This document shows positions 24,911 through 33,200 of a stretch of DNA of 64,000 nt, piece after piece (within the stretch, counting starts at the first letter, position 1; each line of letters opens with the position of its first letter). The stretch spans positions 202,347 through 266,346 of the forward strand of contig OY782499.1 of the NCBI GenBank assembly GCA_963677815.1, read 5' to 3'. The DNA is from Candidatus Cloacimonadales bacterium. GTDB taxonomy: Bacteria > Cloacimonadota > Cloacimonadia > Cloacimonadales > JAFGVF01. A program made the position numbers and the translations under genes. The notes beneath the pieces were generated by a model. It saw only the letters and a program-made list of their open reading frames with translations. It did no database searches and was not told the DNA's origin.

Positions 24911-27900
24911 TTATTGTCTTCTAAATCCTTTAGCAGCTAATTCTGGAGCACCACTATTAGATCCTTTTACTCTGAAGAATTTCATTGAATCACTTGCAGT
25001 AATTGTAGTTGTTAAGCCTTCAACATTTTCTACAAATACATATTCACCATCAGGAGTATCGCACGCATATACATTATAAGAAGTAGCATTAGCAGCAGCT
25101 TCCCATGATAATGTTATTGCAGCACCATCATTAGCGATAGCGAAGTTAACAGGAACTTCAGGGTCTGGAAGAGCAGTTTCTGCAGTATTAATTGTTAAAG
25201 TGAAATCACCATTATTACTAGAATATCCAGAAACTACGATGTAATATTCACCAGCAGGAGATACTGTTTCTAACATTTCAGACCAGGTAGCTCTATCTCT
25301 TGATTTAGCTCTATTTCCACCTGTACTTGCACTACTTTGATCATCATTATAATACCATGCGTCACTATTAACAGTAGCTTCATCAATTTGTTGGTAAGAG
25401 TTGAATACCCATAGTTTGGTATCCCAAGATGTACCATCTAAAGAAATACTCATCAACTTGTCAGTTGGAAGGGTCAATTTATAAACAACAGATTGAGATG
25501 TACAGAAATCATAACTTTCGTTATAAGGTGTAGTTGTATTGTTTTCAACTATAGTTTCAGCTAAAGTAAGAGTGATAGGGTCATTATGATCATCACCTTG
25601 AGGTAAAACAAAACCTTCACCACTTAAAGCAACTTCATTAACACCTCTGTTATTACTAGTGTTTTTAGCAGCAGTATTAACTCTAAATGTTCTATTTAGA
25701 TCATCAGTAATTTGAAGAGTAGCTACTCTTGAACCTTCAGCACTTGGAGTAAAATCAAGAGTAATAACTAGTGATTGGTCTTCACCAAGAGCCATAGAAG
25801 CTTCAGGATCTGTAGAATAAGCAAAGTCATCAGCATTATCACCAACGATTTCTATAGTAGAGATATTAAGAGTTCCCACACCAATATTAGAGATAGTAAC
25901 ATTATCTGAAGCAGTCTGACCTACATTTACTATACCGAAATCTATTTCGGAAGCATTTAGAGATGCTACTGGAGTAGATGCTGGTTCTCCAAAGTAGATA
26001 TTATCAATATCGAACCAATAGTCATTTACACTATCATCTAACATTTCAAATCTAAAGATTACTGATTGACCTGCAAAAGCAGAAATATCAGTAGTGAATG
26101 TAGTGAAATCAGCAGTATCAGTGTGGTCAGTACCATTTACAGAAGCAATCGGATTGAAAGTTGCTCCATTATCTGTAGATGCAGTAATAGTAAGGTAATC
26201 ATGTCCATCAACTGAAGTGATACCAACAGTACCTGCTGACCAGTTTGTAAGTCTGTAATCTAGAGTAATCTCAGCTAAAGCATTAATATTATTCATAGAT
26301 TGGAATTGAATATAACCATTACTAGCAGTACTATAAATGTTTTTATACATTACATTACCAACTGTGTTATGCTGATCTGTTCCAATAATGAAATTGTGAT
26401 CAGTTATTGCTTGTGGAATTGAAGTTGAACCTTCAAAATCTACCATAATTGGCATTGGCATTGTAGGGTCAGGAACAGTAGTAAATGACCACACTTCAAT
26501 ACCTTCAGTAGCTTGACCAACAACATTATAAGGAACAACTTTCCAGTAGTAAGTTGTTTCATAATCTAAACCACTATAAGCATAAGAAGTAGCTGTTTGA
26601 TCCACAGGTGTCATACCAGCAAATGTTTGGTCTGTTGAGAAATAAACATAATATCCTGTAGCACCTGTAGCAGTTTGCCATGTTAAGTTACCATTAAGGG
26701 CAATATCACTAGCTTCATTAGCAGGAGCAGTATAAGTAACAGCATCAGGAGCTTGACCAACTGTAGTAAATGTCCAAGTTGCTACTAATGTATCTGTAGT
26801 TTCACCAGTGTAGTTGCGATTTATAACTTTCCAAGCGTATTCTGTGCTTGGATCTAAATTGGTAACAGCATATTCTTCAACAGCAGCTACATCATCAAGA
26901 ACAAGAGCCATTTCTCTTGCACCTGTAGTACCGAAATATAAGTCTATAGTTTCAGTATAATCAGCATTAGTCCATTCTAATGTTAAAGCAGTTGCTTGAT
27001 CAATAGCTTGGTTAGCAGGACTTGGATTTGTTGCAGCTTCTGGAAGAGGTAATGCATCAGCTGTTAAGTTGATTGTATAATCAACACTTTGAGGTGAAGG
27101 ATAGCTAGAAATAATTAAGAAATAAGTTCCAGCTGGAATCATCTCATTTGTATAAGTTAAGGTATTTCCTGAAGAAGACTTAGTTAAAAGAACTTCAGCA
27201 GGAGTATCTACATTAGGTTCATTTTCAAGGATAAAAGCACCCATCCAAGAACCTGTTGTAGTGATAGTACCATTAAGTAACATTGTATTTGCTAAGGTAA
27301 ACTGATAAACTACATCATCACCATTCATATATGATGAAGTTGGAGTAATCCAAGTTGATGAATAATCATCACTATAGTCTGCAGTATTACCAGTAATTTC
27401 TTCAGCAGGGAAGGTTAAAAGAAGAGGATTAGCACAGGTAGAACCTTGTGGAATCGGAATACCTGTTCCAGTAAGAGCAACTTCATGATTAATTGGCACG
27501 AAAGGATTACTTGGATCAGATTCTTTTACAACTAGATTACCTGCATAAATCATTTCAGCTTGTGGGGTAAAAGTTACCTCAACATCAAATGATGAACCCA
27601 CTTCTAAAGTATATGGGGTCACGATTGCTGTATCATAAGAGTATCCAGCAGGAGTTTCAAATTCTGTAATAGTAGCTGCAATTGATCCATTATTTGAAAC
27701 AGTAAATGTTTGACTTGCTTCAGTAGCTAGGAAAACTTCACCAAAATCATGAGAATCAGGAGAAACTTGAACTAAAGTTCCTTGAGGAATCTCTTCTAAA
27801 GTCAAATCATCAATATAAACATATTGATATGTTGAGGAGAAAGATGATTTGAAAGCAATTCTTTCATTAGCTCTAACAGGACTAACCATATCAATACTAT

Positions 27901-29749
27901 ATTCAGCATAAGTAGTGGTCAAATCTAGAGTATCTATGGCAGTAAAATTATCCATAGTTTGATTGTATTTACCAAGTATTAATGTTGGAGTACCTGATCT
28001 TTTTGCCCAGAATCTAAGTCTATAAGCATCCATATCTGGAACAACTACTGGAGATATTAATTCTGCAGTAGCAGAAGTATCATTATAATTATAGACTCTA
28101 TAAGAATATGTACCAGCATGAGCTGAGTAAGATGAAGAATATCTTCCAGCAGTTGCTGAAGAAGATGTTGAGGTTAAGTTACTTGTCCAACCTAAGAATC
28201 CTTCTTCAGTTTCGAAGTCTTGAGTATAAGGAATATTAATTTCATAGATATTAGTATCAATACCATTACCTGAAAGAGCTATTTCATATACTTCTCTTGT
28301 TAAATCATCTGTGATTTGAAGAGTAGCACTTTTCTCGCCAGCACTTGTAGGATTGAAAGTAACTTCAATTAATAAGTCTTCTGTAGCAGCAAGAGCGTAA
28401 TCTTCACTATCTGTATAGCTAAATTGATCAGCATCAGTACCAGTTATTGAAATATCAGTAATATTAAGTGTTCCACCACCAATATTTTGGATTGATACTA
28501 TTTCAGAATCTGAAGCTTCATTTAAAGAAACTGTACCAAAAGCGATTGGGTCTGTGTTGATTTCTACGATTGGTGTAGCAGGAATTTCTTCCACGGTAAC
28601 ATTATCAATATAAACTGAATAACCATCATCGTCGATCATTCTGAAAGCAATAGCTTGATTTCCACTATAACCTTCTAAGCTGATTATTTGTTCTGTCCAT
28701 GCTGAAGGCATATTTGTTCCAGCTACATAAGATGCTATTTCAGTTGAAAAATCACTAGCACCTGTATAAGCATCTGCAATTTGTAATTGTAAATCAGTTC
28801 CTGCAGAAGTAGATCCTTTTAGCCAGAATTTTAGTCTGTATGAAGTTGAGGCATCTAAATCAAAAATTGGAGTGATTAGTAATTGTTCTCCACCTGCTGA
28901 TGCCCAAGGACCTCTTGCACAAGCTAAACCACTTTGTGGAGATGTTGTATATCTTAACCATACATTGCTACCAGAAACAGAGATTTGTCCCCATCCGGCA
29001 GGAGCTGCAGGACTACCTATCCAAGTATCTTCAAATCCTTCATTGTATGGGAATTCTGTAATAGCACCAAATTCTGTAGTAAAAGAACTTACATCACTTG
29101 ACATTTCTATTGCAGTAGGACCTACAGCTACAACTTTCCAGAAGTAGCTAGTGCCATTGTTTAATGAACTTGTGTATGGAGAAGTAGCAGGATTTACGAT
29201 AAGAGCATCAGTAAACTCAGCATTATCAGCAAGATATAATACAGCATAATCTGTAATTTCATCAGTTGTCCATTCTAAATTTGCATTAATAGCAACATTG
29301 ATTGCACCATTTTCAGGTGAGACTAAAAGAGGAGCATCTGGTGTGCCTGCTGGTGGATTGTAGAATACATCTACACTTAGTACTAGTGTGCTTGAATCAC
29401 CATAATTATCCAAATCCTCTGTAGTAGCTGTAACAGTGAGACCATTAGGTCCTAGAGTATTTAAATCAGAATAGCTTTGAGCTGATAACCAGCCAACTGA
29501 AGGATAATCTGTTCCATTTATATTTAAATGAATATCATACCAGTTGCCTATATATGATTCTGTACCAAAAGAAGTTGTAATTTGAATATCTGTAATTTCT
29601 GAGCCTTCAGGAATTCCAGTTGTTGTTATTGTTGAAACTACAGGATCTTCATCTGCCCCATAGTTTGAATCAGAAAAATTAATACTTTCAGCCATAATAA
29701 AGCTGAAACTTAAAACAAATAGCATTAAGGCTAATATCGTTTTTTTCAT
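24911..29749 (-). CDS. giant secreted multidomain surface protein P1 (Fn3-like, MAM/anchor-J-like, Ig-like, PPC-like domains; class-B C-terminal domain)
   Basis: The start is reassigned to ATG at 29749 (MKKTILALMLFVLSFSFIMA signal peptide, RBS AGGGAGA); the ORF-track start at 29860 lacks both. The protein has repeated Fn3-like modules (..YFWKVVAV, ..YYWKVVPYN), Ig-like modules (FG.V..G....V.I.N.G.G.LNI..I...G.DA..F) and PPC-like modules (GEYYIVVSGYSSNNGDFTLTIN). Confidence 0.85.
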   Translation of the reverse strand: MKKTILALMLFVLSFSFIMAESINFSDSNYGADEDPVVSTITTTGIPEGSEITDIQITTSFGTESYIGNWYDIHLNINGTDYPSVGWLSAQSYSDLNTLGPNGLTVTATTEDLDNYGDSSTLVLSVDVFYNPPAGTPDAPLLVSPENGAINVAINANLEWTTDEITDYAVLYLADNAEFTDALIVNPATSPYTSSLNNGTSYFWKVVAVGPTAIEMSSDVSSFTTEFGAITEFPYNEGFEDTWIGSPAAPAGWGQISVSGSNVWLRYTTSPQSGLACARGPWASAGGEQLLITPIFDLDASTSYRLKFWLKGSTSAGTDLQLQIADAYTGASDFSTEIASYVAGTNMPSAWTEQIISLEGYSGNQAIAFRMIDDDGYSVYIDNVTVEEIPATPIVEINTDPIAFGTVSLNEASDSEIVSIQNIGGGTLNITDISITGTDADQFSYTDSEDYALAATEDLLIEVTFNPTSAGEKSATLQITDDLTREVYEIALSGNGIDTNIYEINIPYTQDFETEEGFLGWTSNLTSTSSSATAGRYSSSYSAHAGTYSYRVYNYNDTSATAELISPVVVPDMDAYRLRFWAKRSGTPTLILGKYNQTMDNFTAIDTLDLTTTYAEYSIDMVSPVRANERIAFKSSFSSTYQYVYIDDLTLEEIPQGTLVQVSPDSHDFGEVFLATEASQTFTVSNNGSIAATITEFETPAGYSYDTAIVTPYTLEVGSSFDVEVTFTPQAEMIYAGNLVVKESDPSNPFVPINHEVALTGTGIPIPQGSTCANPLLLTFPAEEITGNTADYSDDYSSTWITPTSSYMNGDDVVYQFTLANTMLLNGTITTTGSWMGAFILENEPNVDTPAEVLLTKSSSGNTLTYTNEMIPAGTYFLIISSYPSPQSVDYTINLTADALPLPEAATNPSPANQAIDQATALTLEWTNADYTETIDLYFGTTGAREMALVLDDVAAVEEYAVTNLDPSTEYAWKVINRNYTGETTDTLVATWTFTTVGQAPDAVTYTAPANEASDIALNGNLTWQTATGATGYYVYFSTDQTFAGMTPVDQTATSYAYSGLDYETTYYWKVVPYNVVGQATEGIEVWSFTTVPDPTMPMPIMVDFEGSTSIPQAITDHNFIIGTDQHNTVGNVMYKNIYSTASNGYIQFQSMNNINALAEITLDYRLTNWSAGTVGITSVDGHDYLTITASTDNGATFNPIASVNGTDHTDTADFTTFTTDISAFAGQSVIFRFEMLDDSVNDYWFDIDNIYFGEPASTPVASLNASEIDFGIVNVGQTASDNVTISNIGVGTLNISTIEIVGDNADDFAYSTDPEASMALGEDQSLVITLDFTPSAEGSRVATLQITDDLNRTFRVNTAAKNTSNNRGVNEVALSGEGFVLPQGDDHNDPITLTLAETIVENNTTTPYNESYDFCTSQSVVYKLTLPTDKLMSISLDGTSWDTKLWVFNSYQQIDEATVNSDAWYYNDDQSSASTGGNRAKSRDRATWSEMLETVSPAGEYYIVVSGYSSNNGDFTLTINTAETALPDPEVPVNFAIANDGAAITLSWEAAANATSYNVYACDTPDGEYVFVENVEGLTTTITASDSMKFFRVKGSNSGAPELAAKGFRRQ

Positions 29750-29927
29750 ATTTTCTCCCTTAATTAATGTGCGTTTTACACTCAAATTTGCATAAAACAC
29801 TGTTGTTTGTAATTTGCTAGTAAATCTGAGGGGGATTGTGTAGTGTGCGTGGTGATGCATTTTAATGGTGCAAGCCCCTACAGCCCTAACTCATTACAAT
29901 GTAATTATTTATAAAATACATGTTATT

Positions 29928-29953
29928 TTTATATATTATGAAATCTTTGTCAA
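29928..29953 (-). promoter_or_regulatory. candidate promoter of P1
   Basis: On the minus strand: TTGACA, 14 nt, then TATAAA, about 180-200 nt upstream of the ATG at 29749. Confidence 0.35.
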
Positions 29954-29979
29954 TCTTTTTTTTATTAATTATTTGTTTT

Positions 29980-30151
29980 AACTGGGAGAGCTGGCATCCC
30001 TGCCGGCTTCTTAACTGGGAAGGCGGGATTCCAGCCCGCCTCCAGCACTAAAAGTGCTGGAATTATTAAGATTACCCAGCACTTAATGCTGGGTGCGGGC
30101 TGGAATCCCGCTTTCCCAGTTAGTGCGGGTAAGATACCCGCCTTCCCAGTT
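29980..30151. repeat. REP cluster (2 forward REPs, 2 internal hairpins, 2 reverse REPs) between P1 and P2
   Basis: Sequence runs AACTGGGAGAGCTGGCATCCCTGCCGGC, AACTGGGAAGGCGGGATTCCAGCCCGC, CCAGCACtaaaaGTGCTGG, CCCAGCACttaaTGCTGGG, GCGGGCTGGAATCCCGCTTTCCCAGTT, GCGGGTAAGATACCCGCCTTCCCAGTT. Confidence 0.95.
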
Positions 30152-30154
30152 ACT

Positions 30155-30185
30155 GAAAAAAGCCCCTGCTTTTCAGCAGGGGCCT
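30155..30185 (-). terminator. terminator of P2
   Basis: On the minus strand: GGCCCCTGC-tgaaaa-GCAGGGGCT followed by TTTTTTC, 25 nt after the stop. Confidence 0.8.
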
Positions 30186-30209
30186 TCATTAATTAAGGGT
30201 TAATTTATA

Positions 30210-33200
30210 TTAGTTTCTTCTACCGAATCTTTTAGCAGGGCTAATAGTATCAGTTGAAGCTTTAACGCTATAGAATTTCATCATATCAGTAGCAGTGAAG
30301 GTATGAGTTAAACCATCAACAGCTTCGATGAATACAAATTCACCATCAGGTGTATCACAACCGTAGATATTATAGGAGTTTGCATTAGCAGCGGCATCCC
30401 AAGTCAAGGTTATAGAAGCACCATCATTAGCGATAGCGAAGTTAACTGGTACATCAGGATCTGTTACTGCAGGTTCGCCGAAGTAGATATTATCAATATC
30501 GAACCAATAGTCATTTACCTCATCATCAGTCATTTCAAATCTGAAGATTACTGATTGACCAGCATAAGCAGAGATATCAGCAGTGAATGTTGCGAATTCA
30601 GCTGAATCTACATGATCAGTACCATTAACTGCATCAACTGGGTCAAATGTAGCTCCATTATCTGTTGAAGCATAAATATTTAAGTATTCATGTCCTTCAA
30701 CTGAAGTGATACCGACAGTACCAGCTGACCAGTTTGTCATTCTGTAATCTAATGAAATTACTGAAGTAGCAGTAATGCCATTCATTGCTTGGAACTGAAT
30801 ATATCCATTTGATGAAGAGCTATAGATATTCTTATACATAACATTACCTACTGTATTATGTACATTAGTTCCTATTGAGAAGTTTTCAGAAGTAATAGCT
30901 GCAGGATTAGCAGTTGTTCCTTCGAAGTCGATTGTTACAGGCATTGGCATTGTTGGGTCAGGAATTGTAGTAAATGACCATACTACAATACCTTCAGTAG
31001 CTTGACCAACAACATTGTAAGGAATAACTTTCCAATAGTAAGTTGTTTCGTAGTCTAAACCACTAAATGCATAGCTAGTTCCAGCTTGATCTTCAGGAGT
31101 TACACCAGCAAATGTTTCATCTGTTGAGAAATAAACATAATAGCCGTTAGCACCTGTTCCAGCTTGCCATGTTAAGTTACCACTAAGAGCAACGTCTGTT
31201 GCAGTGTCAACAGGAGCTGTATATGTTACAGCTTCAGGAGCAGAACCAACAGTTGTGAATGTCCAAGTTACAACAGAATCAGCAATTGTTTCTCCAGTAT
31301 AGTTACGGCAAACAACTTTCCAGCTATACTCTGTATTAGCATCAAGATCAGTAACAGCATATTCTTCAACAGCAGCTACATCATCAAGAACAAGAGCCAT
31401 TTCTCTAGCACCTGTAGTACCGAAATATAAGTCTATAGTTTCAGTATAATCAGCATTAGTCCATTCTAATGTTAAAGCAGTTGCTTGATCAATAGCTTGG
31501 TTAGCAGGACTTGGATTTGTTGCAGCTTCTGGAATAGGTAATGCATCAGCTGTTAAGTTGATTGTATAATCAACACTTTGAGGTGAAGGATAGCTAGAAA
31601 TAATTAAGAAATAAGTTCCAGCTGGAATCATCTCATTTGTATAAGTTAAGGTATTTCCTGAAGAAGACTTAGTTAAAAGAACTTCAGCAGGAGTATCTAC
31701 ATTAGGTTCATTTTCAAGGATAAAAGCACCCATCCAAGAACCTGTTGTAGTAATAGTACCATTAAGTAACATTGTATTTGCTAAGGTAAATTGATAAACA
31801 ACATCATCACCGTTCAAATATGATGAAGATGGACTAATCCAAGTTGATGAATAGTCATCTAAGAAGTCAACAGTATTACCTGTAACATCAACAGCAGGGA
31901 AAGTTAATGGTAAAGGATCACTACAAGTAGAACCTTGTGGTGGTAACCAACCTGTACCTGTAAGAGCTACTTCATTAACAGCTCTTGATGTATTTGCAGC
32001 TTTAGATGAATAAGAAACTCTTACATTTCTAGCTAAATCATCAGTGATTGCTAAAGTAGCTTCTTTTAAACCTAAGGCATCAGGAGTAAAGGTAACTGTA
32101 ATAGCTAATGATTCACCATTTTCCAGAGCCATATCAGGTGTTTCTTCAACATATTCCCAAGCGAAAAGACCAGCATCAGTACCTGTAATTCCAACATTAG
32201 AAATGTTAAGAGTTCCAGGACCAACATTAGTAATTGTAACTTCTTCAGCTACTGATGTAGTTGCAACTTCAATTTCTCCGAAATCAATCGCATTTGTGCT
32301 CAATTCAGCTACAGGAACAAGTGGAGTTGCTTCGAAAGTTATGTTATCTAAATATACATAATCATAAGTAGTAGCAAATACAGGAATGAAAGCAAATCTT
32401 TCATTACCAGTAGTTGTTCCTTCAAATTCGATAGTTGTTTGCTCATAAGTTAATGGAACAGCAAAAGTATCTATTGCTGTTAATATAGTCATATCACTAT
32501 CCCATTTTGCTAGGATAATTTCTGAATCTATTGTACCTTTTGTCCAGAATCTTAATCTGTATCCGTCCATATCAGGAACAAGGTTTGGTGCAATTAATTG
32601 TAGATTTGCAGTAAGGTCTCCTGAGTTATAGAATTGGATAGCTGTTGAACCATCTTGAACATTTGTTGTACTGGTATTCAATGTTATTCCAGCATAATCT
32701 GGTGATGTTGTTTCAATGATTGTTGACCAACCTAAAAGAGAGCCTTCAAAAGATTCATTCCATGGTAGGTCAGTAGCATAGATGTTAGTATCAACTGAGT
32801 TACCAACTAGTTCTACAACATTAACTACACGAGCTTGGTCATCAGTAATTTCTAATTGTGCTGTATGGTCACCTTCATTATTTGGTGAATAAACAACTCC
32901 AACTGAAATGTTTTCTGTGATTTCAAGACTTGCAGGATAAGTATTATTATCTGTTAGAATAAACTGATCAGCATTTGTACCAACAATTTCTATATTAGTA
33001 ATACCTAGTGTTCCTAAACCAAGATTTGAAATAGTCAAAGTTTGAGAATCACTATCAGTGCCCATTATTTGATCTGTAAATGTTAATGTATCAGCACTTA
33101 CGGTGAAAACAGGATCAGCTGAAACTTCTTCGTATGTAAATCCTGAAACAGGTCTGAAAGCTTTAAGAGTACCTGAAGGTACAGAAGTTGGGAATGTAGT

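Noticed and set aside
29750-29860. N-terminal extension of P1 (MHHHAHYTIPLRF...) given in the ORF track; similarly 36135-36155 for P2.
   Set aside because: The internal ATGs at 29749 and 36134 are preceded by good RBSs and start classical signal peptides (MKKTILAL...). The extensions have no RBS and would bury the signal peptide.
29965-30189. ORF-track reading frames made of REP sequence: 29965-30189, 36889-37101, 37001-37198 and 37808-38050, with translations such as ..AGIPRSQL.., ..GKMPAFPV...
   Set aside because: They are translations of palindromic REP arrays. They have no RBS, overlap terminators, and are low-complexity repeats of the same peptide on both strands.
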